A stretch of DNA of 64,000 bases from Syncephalis fuscata S228. Taxonomy: Eukaryota; Fungi; Zoopagomycota. Where the stretch lies: assembly GCA_025786725.1 (NCBI GenBank), contig JAHLTZ010000031.1:249222-313221 (forward strand). The letters run 5' to 3'. Below, in pieces: positions 1 through 13,150 of this stretch. The notes beneath the pieces are model-generated. The model was not told the origin of the DNA and made no database searches. It saw nothing but the letters and a program-made list of their open reading frames with translations. Within the stretch, counting starts at the first letter, position 1. Each line of letters opens with the position of its first letter. A program made the translations under genes and the position numbers.

Positions 1-1255
1 CATCTTTGGTAATTGTAATTATCTGGTTTTTCTCACACAAAAGAATTATAGACCAATAATATACGTCCAAATACAGCATTTATTTTTAACAGCCATCACA
101 TCGCAATTCCACGCTGCATTGTAAATCTTGTACTTGACTATATCACGTATTTTACATTTTAATATGACAGATTCCATGTTATCCAATTTTTTATGTTAAC
201 CTTGTTAAAAAAATTGACTTATCCAGAATTAATTGACAAGCAAATATAATAGAGACATTAAAATGCTGTTGATCTTTATCTATATCACTAATGATACAAT
301 GGTAATACTATTTATGCGTTATTGAAAATGTCTAATAGCTGTTGGTATAATAACATTACTGTCATATAACAACTTGATGGTTTTTTAGTTAATAACGGTT
401 GGTTTATTGACAGTCTTTGTGTGCGATACTCTATTTGTTTTTCAATTTATTATCCAATATACATATATCATTCCCATACTATCCCTACTGCCATGTATCA
501 TTCTATGCTGTACTAGACACAATTTATTCAATATATACTTTAGCACACGCTACTCATTCTACTTACTGAGCTATATACATTACAACCTCAACACCGCTAC
601 TTACACTCTTCCCGTCGTATATTCATTCCGTTTTATATAGTTGTGGAGTCTATTGATTACAGCCTATTAGTAAAAGCTATTCTTTTATCGCAAACTGTAT
701 CTATTATAGATTTTAATTTATTTCACCTACTGAGTTTTACGTATACTGTAATTTTAATTATATCATTTATTTTATATTTACATGCTTATAAATAAAAACT
801 TTTACTAAAACACCATGAGTTGGCACGTTATTTAAATGACACAAACTGTTTAGACTTGAGCCACTAAACCATATGTTGATAGATCATTAAGAAATGATAT
901 AATAGTTTTATAGCTTGTATAGCTTGTATATGTATGGTATATGTTTGCAAAAACTATTGGATCAATATTACAAGATATTCAGTGAGTACTGTTTTTTTAA
1001 CTTTATCAATTAGCCATAGTTCTTTCTGAATAATAATTACATTTGATAATTAACTAGAAATAAGCAAACAGACATCAATTAGCTGTACTATATCATACAT
1101 CCATCCTACTGCAATATCAATGAAATTATGAATATTACAAACATCATTGTTTACTAGTATAACATCTTAAAAAGCATTTACAATGGCCATCTTTATTGCG
1201 TAAAGCTATTAGGCGACAACACATATACTACAATTGATTAAACAACTCCTCGGCT

Positions 1256-1693
1256 TTATGCTATTTTCTGTAGCCTTACATCCTCAATCGCCTGCCGAAT
1301 AAATGGCATAAACTTCTTGGGATCTTCAATTGAAAATCCTTTGCGCTGGCACTTCTTGTTTACTTTAACAATCACCGGATAAAAATGTTTGATGCCTGGA
1401 ATATCGCGACGAAAGTCAAGCGTCCACCAGATGCCCAAGTTAAGCCCGATGCCCATTGCTTTACGCTGCCAGCAAGGTACGCCAATATCCTGAGCCCCGT
1501 CAACAGATATAATCTCTCGTAAAGGAATCTTGTAGCTGACTCCTGGAAAGTAGCAGTTCTTTAGAATAAGATACTCGGTGGTCAGACGAACAAACCGGTC
1601 ACAATACACCAATTCTTCGCCCTCTACCAGTGTAAGAATAGAGCTGGCTGCATCGTTATCAGCTTTATCAGTACTGGGTTTTACGGCAGCCAT
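1256..1693 (-). CDS. Intronless hypothetical protein, 145 aa (possible PH-like fold)
   Basis: Clean ATG-to-stop ORF with higher GC than its flanks. Contains Y.D..V.LT...LILK..YFP...KIP...I and WW.LD.RR, which look like a conserved uncharacterised family. Function not recognisable. Confidence 0.65.
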   Translation of the reverse strand: MAAVKPSTDKADNDAASSILTLVEGEELVYCDRFVRLTTEYLILKNCYFPGVSYKIPLREIISVDGAQDIGVPCWQRKAMGIGLNLGIWWTLDFRRDIPGIKHFYPVIVKVNKKCQRKGFSIEDPKKFMPFIRQAIEDVRLQKIA

Positions 1694-2439
1694 GGCGAAT
1701 ATAGTTTGAGAAGTAGGTATAAGAAGTTTAATATATCAAAATCTTAGCGGTGTTGGTTTAGACAAAAAAGGCTATACGCTTGTCCCAGTTTATATTGGGT
1801 CCGAAACAACACAGTAGAATACTCTTGAAAGCTTGTGGAAAAGCAGCCTTTGGCCAATAAGTTTCTTGGCATGTTTGCATGCAAATGAATCAATAGTGTC
1901 ATGTTGGAATGCCAAGAATTGCCATATTATGCAGATAACACGCATTGCTTAGACTTGCGTCACTAGGCTATACTCTGTCTTATCAGTAAATGGTACACAG
2001 GTTTCTATATGGTGCATAAACTTGTATATGCATGGTCTGTATTTTCAAGCACCGTTGATGTAAGACGACTAGACCATCAGCCACTATGACTAACTTGTTG
2101 CTTTTTATTTTTTATATACTGACGAAAGAATGACGATCGTCATATTCGAGCATGGCAAATGACAATTAATTTATTTACTCCATTACAATATGTTGTTAAC
2201 ACAATAAATAAAACTAGTTTTTATTTATTATTTTAAACTAAGACTTCAAAGACCTTTTGTTTTTTAACAATGATGTTTACCAATAAAGTATACTTAATAT
2301 ACGACACTATGAGTAAGCAAATGCAAGTGTATGGATATCGCTGAGGCTATAATGTACATAACAATGAGATAAATGAAATAGCTCACAATATACAATAAAT
2401 ACAATTGGAAATAAACAAGCATATTTTACTAATGGTGTG

Positions 2440-2960
2440 TAAGCATTAGGTCATATACTGATACACAATAGAATGGATATGCAATGAGAGAAGCATGAAT
2501 AGCGGTGTTAAAACTATAGCATGCGTATATGAGTGGACAAGCAAAATACCTCGAAATTTATTAATAATAAAGCTAGAACAAAAGTAAAACAGATTTGGAT
2601 AAATAATGACTTGTGTATAGAATGATTTATAAAATGATAAATGTACGGTGAAAAAGTACATAAAACAATGTTAAAGTTATAGTGCATATAATTTAATGAG
2701 GGACATGGGTAGTGTTTGTTGGTTTATATAAAGAATAGAATGTTCCTAGTATGTCATAGAGTATCATATAACAATTGGGATAACTGGGAATGATATAGGT
2801 GAATATATATACATACTGGATAATAAAGTTATGATTATTATTATGTTGGTGGCTGATGTCGTTCATTACCCAGTTCCATGGTCAATAGAGCAAACATTTA
2901 GTTTAATTATGCAAATATTATAGAATGTACTTATTTAACTTTCAGATCATATTAAATGGC
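2440..2960 (-). repeat. Diverged copy of the dispersed repeat family
   Basis: TAATAATAAAGCTAGAACAAAAGTAAAA, GGGAATGATATAGGT, CATACTGGATAATAAAG and GTTCCATGGTCAATAGA match the minus-strand copies at 5890-6505 and 25330-26030. Confidence 0.6.
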
Positions 2961-3781
2961 TAATAACAACTTACCATAAAATTAAATTGCTTGATTACTT
3001 AAAATGACACAAGTAAATAACATCAGATTATACAGGGCAATAATATTTTATAGTAATAGTTATTGGTTAATCACAATAATTTATGGTAAAGAATCGCTAT
3101 TAGTTTATAAATGGTATTGCAATTACCTTGCTAATGATATAAATAAAAATAGAATAGATAGTATAAATATGATGGTATTAACATTGCTTATCATTTACAT
3201 CGTATGTGCGTATTTATAACTTTGTGTAAAAATAATAGAATAAACATGTATAGAATATGCTGAAGGATCGTGTAATACTTATGATAGTGCCATTCGTAAT
3301 AGAATTAAAAAATTGGCAATTCAAATGGGCAATCTACGCTGAGCAGTCTTTAATGATGACCATATTACAACATAACAATGTTTGTTAAAACTATTACTTT
3401 TAGCATTCAAATAACGATATGAAAAACTTTTATTACATGTAGATTGGCAAAAAGGACAATTAGCATACTAAGGCGTTACATAAACCAAAGTGTTTAGTCT
3501 TGATGAAATATAGGAATGGATAGGGTAAATACGAATGCCGAATTTCCGATATGCAGCATGAACAACTGTTTCATGCATTATAGCGAGTGTTTAGTATCAA
3601 AAATGATTGCATGCCAGTCGCTGCATGTTAGTAATAATTTATCCGATTTACCGACACTACATTTAAATACTGTTTTTTTGGTATACCACGATACCTGAAT
3701 CTATATCTACATCTTCTCCCTATTAACTTTGAATTTATCCATTGCTACTTTGTGTGTGTGTGTGCAGCTGTAGTATCTAAC

Positions 3782-5577
3782 ATGCGCCATTTCTCTTTTC
3801 TTCTTTATTCGGTGGCCGCCTTGCTGCTATTTGCCAACGATAGTAGTACTGCTAAATCAACAGCCGCTCACAGTACTAAAATCAACATTTAAAGTCATCA
3901 AATTTTTTAAACAGCCGCTAAAGATTGCGTTTAGTGCTGGGTTTGGCGGGAAAAGCCATGCAGCTCCTCAGTTAGTTCTAGCTGATATTTTAGTTGCCCG
4001 AGGCCATGATGTTAGTTTTATCACATATGACGATGTGGCTACTGCGTGGACAGCTGACTATCCACGTGTAAAACCGGTGAAGTTGGGACTAAATCCACAA
4101 TCACCTGAGCGCTTTCGGAAGCTTCAAGACCCAATATTAAAGGAAAATCCATCTCCCCTTACCGCAACTAGCACTCTTTTGAATAAGCTAAATATACAAT
4201 ATCCCAAAGACTACAAATTTTTCCATCATTGGATATCTACCAATAAGGTGGATGTAATGGTTTGTGATTTTTTTATGAGTGGCTGTTATGACGCAGCCTA
4301 CGAAACCAATACCCCGTTTGTAATTACTACATCGGCAATTGACCTTCAAGGTGAGTAGCTAACGATGCAGCTAGCTATATCAATACACTAATAGTATGTA
4401 TCACTATAGGATATGGTAGCACGTCTTATACGTCAAATCACCTATCTCGTCTATCGTCATCTACTCATGATAAAACCAGCTTTTTTGAACGATTTTACGA
4501 CAAGATAATAATGCCTACAGCTATGGCGTGGAAATCAAAGAGTTAATTCAAGAAAAGCGAGCGACTTATTCGGAGCTCAATGTAACGCCATATATGACTG
4601 TATCAGAACGATGGAGACATGGTTTGTGCTGGTCAATAATTTACTCGCGCTGAGGTAAATTTCATTTTAAACAATATACAAAATACTAATAGTCTACTTA
4701 GCCGCTCGCCAACTACCTTCAAAACATTTTTAATCGGGCCCGCTATACCACACAAGTATGCATCGCTATCTAGTGAATTAATTGAATTCATGGATGCGCG
4801 TAAAAATGTCGTGTATGTTGGATTTGGTGGCAATACAATCTTGTCTCGTAGTCAAATTTTCACTATCCTTAGCTCTTTGCTAGTTGCCTATGATGACAAA
4901 TTAATTGATGGTGTTGTGTGGGGATGATGCGTACTGCAGATAACCATGACCTTATACACGAAACAGTCACTGCCAATGATGTTGTACATAGCATTAAAGA
5001 TATGCAATCAGGTAAACATGCAGCAGTTCGTCTGTTGAATCGGGCACCACAACGCGCTGTACTGGAACATCCATCTACGAGATTGTTTATCAGTCATTGC
5101 GGTATTGCATCGCTATTTGAATCATTGTTCGCCGGTGTTCCTATTCTAGGCCTTCCGGGCTTTGGTGATCAACCAAGCAATGCCGTTAAATTGACTGAAA
5201 AAGGATACGGTTTATGGCTAGATAAAACAACATTGACAGAAGCAACTATTGTGAGTACTCTTCGTCGCTTACTGGCAAAGGACTCGGCCGAAGCAGCCTC
5301 ATTTAAGGCCAATGTATTGTTGGCACAAAGAATGATCCAAATTGCAGATCGAGAGCGTATGCGAGGTGCCGATCTAATTGAGTTGGCCGCCATTCCTGGT
5401 GCTATTAAAGCATACGAAAGCGCTGATTGGCGTATGCCTTGGTGGACAGCAAACAATTATGATTTATATGCATTTTTACTGTTTATTGTTTTATCTGTTG
5501 TTTATTTGAGTTTAAGAGTAGTTAAAGGTGCGATTAGTGTCGTGATGTCTAAACAATCTAAACAAAAGCAAGCATAA
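3782..5577 (+). CDS. UDP-glycosyltransferase (GT1/UGT family), with several 1-nt frameshifts
   Basis: Signal peptide MRHFSFLLYSVAALLLFA; GGKSH...LVARGHDVSF; UGT signature APQRAVLEHPSTRLFISHCGIASLFESLFAGVPILGLPGFGDQPSNA; C-terminal TM helix. Introns near 4351-4409 and 4655-4700. Frame breaks near 3885, 4535, 4625 and 4920. Confidence 0.85.
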
Positions 5578-5650
5578 TAAAAATACTATTTAGTCATTTA
5601 CTTATATTTATTAAACATTCTATTAATAATTTATTGTAATTTGAATGTAA

Positions 5651-5759
5651 AATGGCTAATATTTAATAACGCCCAATCTATTGAACATGATGGTGGGTAG
5701 TTAATGACATCAATAATCAAACACTCATCATTATAGATTCGTTATCCAGTACGCATATA
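5651..5759 (+). repeat. Partial copy of the dispersed repeat family
   Basis: TAATAACGCCCAATCTATTGAACATGATG...ATAGATTCGTTATCCAGTA core, as at 22650-22745. Confidence 0.7.
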
Positions 5760-5889
5760 TTTTCTATTTAACTATATTGTTAACAGTGTATAATTATACT
5801 ATTATATATCATTCTGTGCTATACTGAATACATTATTGTTATATGTTTCAATTACATATAGCTTGCTAATTGAATGAGCTATGATACAT

Positions 5890-6505
5890 TATTAATAAAG
5901 CTAGAGCAAAAAGGGCAACTTCAATAGCCAGCGTGTATCTACTAAACAATAAAATAATATGCACTATAATGAATATGCAATACAAAGTGACAATTAGTAA
6001 TGTCAGAGTTATTCGACATATATGCATGATCAATGACCAACATTAGTTGACATTTATAAATAATAAATTTAGAACAAAAAGTAAAAACAGCTTTGGATAG
6101 ATGAAGGATGAGTGGACTAAGTAAATTATATTGGTGTATGTAAAGAATAGACTATGCCTAATATAGCATATAATGATATATAATAATGTGGAATAGAATG
6201 GGAATGATATAAGTAAATAGAGGATATATGCATACTGATGATAAATCTACAATGATGAGTATTTTATACTTTGATGTCATTTACCACCCATTATCATGTT
6301 AATAGATTGAGTGTTATTAAATATAGTCATTTAATCACAAAACAAACAGTATGATTAAGCGATTTAATTATTGAATAAAACTCACCATCTGTCCCATGTT
6401 CAATAGAACAAATATCTAGTTCAATTACACAAATACTGTTATGTTTATTCATTTGTCTCCAAATCACATTAAATAGTTGATAAAATGGTATAAAATAGGT
6501 TTATG
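5890..6505 (-). repeat. Copy of a dispersed ~550-600 bp repeat family
   Basis: 5949-6505 is the near-exact reverse complement of 12042-12598. Shares the core AATCTATTGAACATGAT..GGTGG..TGACATCA..TACTC..AGTATGCATAT with the other copies. Confidence 0.85.
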
Positions 6506-6649
6506 ACAACATACATAAATATGTTAATCACGTTGTATTAAAATTTAATATTTATTTAACATATGAATACTGAGTAGAACAAGCTATTTACAAAATATTG
6601 CCTGACAATTGTTGAATTAGTACGTGTAACAGATCATGTCAATAAACAC

Positions 6650-9281
6650 TTACAGTTTTTGACTTTTTTGGCAGGACGTTGGTCGCTACTTGTTGAGTGG
6701 GACCGTTTAACGCCATGTTGATTCATAGGGGCAACAGCATGATCTTGGGCTGCTTCATCTTCCGCATCTGTTGCAGTTAAATCCTTGCTTACTTTCTTTT
6801 CGGCATCGCTTGTTACTATTTCTTTTCTTTGGCTGATGCTTCATCTTTTATAGCCACCTCTTCTTGTTGTTCAGCCTTTGTGGCTGTGTCTTCTGCTGCA
6901 TTATTGGCTTTTATTTCTTTTTCTTCTTTTTCTTCTTCTTGTACGTCTTGAGTTACTTCTGACTCACTGAATTCTTCTGACGATTCAGTAAACCAGGCAC
7001 TTTCTAAAGCCTGCTCGGCTGTTAGGCGCAAGTTACGGTCGATAGCTAAAAGACCACCAATTAAGTTTTGCGCTATAAATTGCATTAGTTTCTTTTGTAA
7101 CTTTAGAATAAAGCTACTTACCTTCAGTTGATATGCCATTCCAGCTATCGTCAAAATCTAGTGGATTGCTGAATATATTGATGATATGGATCAAACATGT
7201 GTTATTGACTTTAATTTCAAATGGAAGAGTGCCTAGATTCAAACAGTAAGTTAACAAAACTACCAAATCTGCAAATACTTACGCGTGAGCATAAAATACA
7301 ATATAAGACCAAGACTCCATTGGTCGGCTTCTTTTCCATAGCCTTGCTCATGGAATTGTTCATTCAACATAGTTGCCAGGTCAGCATCATACTTTTCTAT
7401 ATTTTTAACCAGCTGATTTTCAAACTTGGATCTAAGAATGACATCCGGTGCCATGTAGCTAGTGGTACCACACATATTATCAAGCATGGGCGCTTCTGCG
7501 TTAAGTTCACGCGCTGTGCCGAAATCCGTAATTAAAATAGACGGATACTTGACTGGACGCCGAACCAGGACATTTTCTGGCTAATGCATGGTTGGAATTA
7601 AACTAACATATATTAACATAGCTAATTACCTTTAAATCTAAGCGATGGCCATTGCAACAACAATAGTTTTTTAGTTATGTAAATAAATACCATCTTTAAT
7701 TTACCACAATGTACAATGCCTTTACTATGCAAATGCTGGTTTAGAGTTAGTAACAAATCAGTAAATATAGTTGTTGCTTACCTTGACTCCTTCGAGCACT
7801 TGCTTGAAAATATGCTTGGCTTCCTGTTCGGATAGCGGACCATAGCGCACGCAATAATCGAACAGGTCGCCACCAGCTGCATACTCAAACATCAAGTAGT
7901 TGTGCATTTCCGTATCACATGCATCAACTAGCTTTATTATGTTCGAGTGACCTTGTGCAGTGGTAATCACGTTCTTTTCTTCATTGAAACTATTTAAAAT
8001 GTTATTTTCTATTGCGTTCATAACTTTCTTCTTATTGCAGATCTTAACGGCAATGGGCATCTTATTGCCGCGTGTTTCCCCATAATAGACGTCACCAAAA
8101 GAGCCACTAAACTAAGTTATAAACAATATGGTTTAAATTAGACAAATACCACCTGCCAAGCAACTGCTCTGTTACAGCATATTTGATGCCGACGACCTAG
8201 CACTGTGTTAGTTGTCATAAATTATTATAGCTAAATACTATTAGCTTACTGTGCCGAAATCACAACTTTTGTCGCTAATTCTTAATTCCAGCTTATTGAT
8301 TTTGTATACCATAAGTACTAGTATTAGTAATGGTTAGTCTTGCTTATTGTAGATTAATAAAGCTTACTATTATTTTCATCAAGCCGGACATAATTATTAT
8401 TTTTCATAATGGCCATAGCTCCTTGTCGAATTTCCCTACCATCCACTAAATACATAGTCAGCATTATGTATAATTATTAATGACTGTATTTACCAATGAT
8501 GTCGTTGATCATCAAATTCTAATAGCATATTTAGTACTAATATTGATTAGCATAGCAATTACTTACTCTTAATCTCATGGTATTTCCCTCCTAAATATGT
8601 GTTATAATTGTTATTACTATTTAACACAAATTTATATGCTACTTACCATGAATATGCAAAGTATTCGGTTTTGCTGGCCCCTGACCTTCTTCTGTGCTAA
8701 ATAACATAAATCATCATATCAGTAAAAGCTGTACAATGTTGTCTATTAGTGTTATATCAAATCAAACCAGAATAGCCTGATATGTATACATTTGCTATAC
8801 AATAGCAAACCATAATATAGCAATGAAAGCCCATTATTATGCGCTGTATAACTTACTTGTTTTTGTCTTGAGAAAGAGTAAACGGCTTGTTCCGTTTTAA
8901 CAGGAACTCTTCAGATATATGGTTAATTCAACCATTCATTAATAATGTGTTTACTTACCCATGCCTTCAACACTAAATACTTCAACCCAGCCTACTGTTT
9001 CTGCCTTCTCTGCTTCACTCATTTTGCCCATGCAGTAGGGAGTCTTTCGTAAATATCTCCTACTGAATTGTTGGGCGCAACAAATGATGAAGCAAGAGTG
9101 GGCAGATGTGCTGTTGCTGTTGCCTGAGCCGCTGCAGATAGCTCACAAGCAACAGCATTTGTAGCGGAGTGTGTATCAGGCTCAGCTACAAGTGGTAAAA
9201 TAGAAGATGGCAGTAAAATGTAGGGAAATCATTTAAATCCGAAGTAGTACTGCTACAGCTAAGTGATTTTGGGCTGTCCAT
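6650..9281 (-). CDS. CAMK-group Ser/Thr kinase (Chk2/Mek1-like, possible degenerate N-terminal FHA), multi-exon with frameshifts
   Basis: Exons give GSFGDVY, IAVKIC, FEYAAGGDLF, GIVHC-DLK-PENVL, DFG, CGTTSYMAPD and ADQWSLG. Termini are approximate because of frameshifts. Confidence 0.8.
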
Positions 9282-12041
9282 GATGTATATAAGTTTAGAT
9301 AGTTAGAGACGTTATAATACTGCAAGATAAAAGCAAAATACACGTATCAAATAATGACATAAAAGTTTTTAGAAAAGGTCCATTACGCAATACTATATTG
9401 AACGACTCATATATTTATTTAATAAATAGGCTAACAACATGGGCGGTGTGTCATAGTACATTTGAAACAGCACCATTACGACATGGCTAATTGCGCTATG
9501 ATGTGTTTCTAAACATTTGGCTTTTTATTAATCATATGTCAGTACATGACCAATTGGCTAGCAATTGTACAACAAATCAATGAGTACAGCTGATTGTCAA
9601 GCTTGAACGATGTGCTGCTGAAACCGCCATTACCGATTGGGAAATGCACTGTGCACACACGTAGTAGCACAGAGTAAGCATTTTGAAGTTAGTTTGGCCG
9701 ACATTCATACGCAAATAGTGGGCATATTTTAATAAAGTTTATGCAGAAATATCTGGCAATATGGATGCTACTGAGATAAATAAATATAACACGTATTCAA
9801 ATAGCATATAATATTTGTTAGCTGTATGTAGTTACTATAATATAGCAAGTTGTATAGGAAAGTAGACAAGTGCTAATGATTGATGCTAATGACACTGTGT
9901 AACATGCATGAAATACCAAATAAATCGGCTTTATAAAAACGTTTGTTTTATAGCTAAGGCTTGAATGTATAGCTTACTGTACATACTTGTAGATCATTTT
10001 TAGCAAAGGTATTTAAGAATTCAGTTTAAAGCCTTTTATTTCAACTGGATGTTATTTCAATATCGATTAATAGCATGCATATCTTATTTAATTGGTAAAT
10101 TGCTTAGACATATTCCATCAACTGATGATGATTTAAACAAGACTGCAATCTTGAAATGGTAATACGCCTATTTTTATGTTGCACCTTTTTTCATAAGCTT
10201 GCATTTTTTATTAGCACTGACGTGCATATCCATTGAAGAAAGCAATGAAACAAGTTCAGACTATTTCGTAATTGTATTACCGCGATAGATAAGTAAATCA
10301 CCATTATTTGTTTATTTACATTAGATTGGTATATTGGTAACGCAATAATCCGTATTCAACCATTTTATTTTTACTGAATCATCGCACTGTCCAATTGAAC
10401 AAATAGTTCTTTGCCTTGCAATGATATTCGCCCTTACTGAATATGCATTTATGTTACACACCATTGCATAACACGCCTTTCTTTAAGCTGGCCTATTCTG
10501 TTTCTTTTTTTCACTCTGCTTAATGGATTCAATCCATTGGATAATGCTGAGTGCTCGCTTCTGCGCTAAACGTACACACGTGTGCCTACACAACACATTC
10601 CCCATTAAAACACGTAATCTTAATTACGCCTTTTGATTTTACATTTGTTCTTTAACTAATTGGCAGGTGCATTCTACTATTTCATATGTTCGTAACTTAC
10701 AATGTTTAGTGGAATGCATAGCTTTATATGGCGCACTGTAACTGCTTGCTTGTGAAGCCATACAATATACAACTGCTCGGCATACTTAAGCTGTCTAGAA
10801 GAAGTACTCAGACAGTATAAACTCTTGAGACCCTCGATGGTACAATGTCAAACAACCTAATCTATGCTGTAGAACACTATGTGTATTGTATGGTGGTGCT
10901 TGTATATACACTCAGGTGTGGTATATACATATCACTATTCCTTGCTTGTGGGTGATGTTAAGCAGTTGTCATAATGGCATTGTTGTTTTAGCAGTTAAAG
11001 CGCCTTAATTGGCACAACTTTGGTTTAAGGTGCTATACTGTTTGTGCCATCTAAGTTGTTATCTTCACTGCGTAAAAATGACAATGTGGTTGTGTTGGCT
11101 GTATAATATCGCAACAGTGTGCTATTGCACTGCTGTTATTGCATTTTAGATTTCTTGTTTGTGTGTAGATGGCCTAGACGTGGGTATGGGCTCAGCGTTA
11201 TTGGTTGTTCGTTTCTGTTTATCTAGTCATGTATGTCGCCTGGATGAATAGTTTTCTGATATTGTTGTGTTATAAGCAATGGTAAAACAGCATCCACGGC
11301 ACATCGTGATTATGATAGCTGAAGACCGTATAGACCGACGCTGATGGGTGGGAGTCTAGGTCGTCAACATACATCAAATAGACCATTCCTGGTGCAGTTG
11401 TTATGCTATGATTGCATGTGGACTGTTAAATATTATAGACATTTGTTTAAATTTATCAAGACGACGTAGTGACCATTATAAAGGTAAATACCATTGTGTT
11501 TTACTAACACTTGCTAATACGGAACAACATACATTGATGAATGTCTGCTAGAATTGCGATTATGAATACTGTACTAGCATGCACAGGTGTAAGAATCAAT
11601 ATATTACTAACTGTTCAGCAATCTAATATGCTCACTACTGGAAACTCGAGTCAACGTAAATTATGCGTTCTACTCAATACTACTTCAACTCTATTTACTT
11701 GTACTGGAGATGTATATGTAAACTAGGATTCTAGACTTTTCTTTTTCACCATAGTCCATATCTTTATTAATACAATAAAGATATTTTGGTTATATTTTAT
11801 AGCATCTGTAGACAATGTAATGCCACAATGCTACTTTGAATATGATTAGCATGCTAGTACAACTACAAATATATATCATTTTAACAAACATTAGTAATTT
11901 ATTTAGTTAGCTGTATTATTTATACTAATAAATGTGTGCTGTGTGATATTCCTTTTAGTTGTAATATAAAAGTGTGTGGACCATGTTATTTATTAAATTA
12001 AACGACATACATGATATGTAATTAACATATTTATGTATGTT

Positions 12042-12598
12042 TCATAAACCTATTTTATACATTTTATCAACTATTTAATGTGATTTGGAGACAAATGAAT
12101 AAACATAACAGTATTTGTGTAATTGAACTAGATATTTGTTCTATTGAACATGGGACAGATGGTGAGTTTTATTCAATAATTAAATCGCTTAATCATACTG
12201 TTTGTTTTGTGATTAAATGACTATATTTAATAACACTCAATCTATTAACATGATAATGGGTGGTAAATGACATCAAAGTATAAAATACTCATCATTGTAG
12301 ATTTATCATCAGTATGCATATATCCTCTATTTACTTATATCATTCCCATTCTATTCCACATTATTATATATCATTATATGCTATATTAGGCATAGTCTAT
12401 TCTTTACATACACCAATATAATTTACTTAGTCCACTCATCCTTCATCTATCCAAAGCTGTTTTTACTTTTTGTTCTAAATTTATTATTTATAAATGTCAA
12501 CTAATGTTGGTCATTGATCATGCATATATGTCGAATAACTCTGACATTACTAATTGTCACTTTGTATTGCATATTCATTATAATGCATATTATTTTAT
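12042..12598 (+). repeat. Copy of the dispersed repeat family (inverted partner of 5949-6505)
   Basis: Near-identical reverse complement of 5949-6505 by direct comparison. Confidence 0.85.
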
Positions 12599-13150
12599 TA
12601 CATATTGGTTATGTGCTGTCTAGTGCCGTTGTCTGTTTGATTCTGGCTCCATTACTATAAATTTAGTCATCGCACTTAATATTGAGTTATGTTGGTAGAA
12701 AAAATACTACAGGTATGTGTAAACTTTTGCTTTATTAAAAGTATTTATTAGGCTAGTTGTTAATGGTTAATTATGGACGAATCAATTAATGGCAGTTAGC
12801 TATGACTTTAATGGTATCCAAGCTATGTGGCATTGATAGGAATGACAAGCTCAAAAAGAAACAAATTGGCACAGAAATAAAATAAACCATGAATAAAGTC
12901 AGTGCAAATGCAAAAGTGATAAGTGAATAAAAGTTATACGCATACTAAATAATAAATCTATAATAATAATAGTGTAGATCTAGAAAAGTACGCAAAATAT
13001 ACAGCTTTCTTGTATTTGGCGGCGCTCCAAACCGATTTGGATCCAGCTTGAAATAAATTTCCCAATCAAGCTACACGTGTGCTTGCATCACACCAACGAC
13101 GCAAGCAACCAACTGTCGTCACAGCTATTTCGTTAACAGCAAATTTCACA

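Noticed and set aside
10500-11900. Possible decayed gene between the kinase and the inverted repeat
   Set aside because: Slightly higher GC and some splice-like motifs, but no coherent reading frame or recognisable motif could be assembled.
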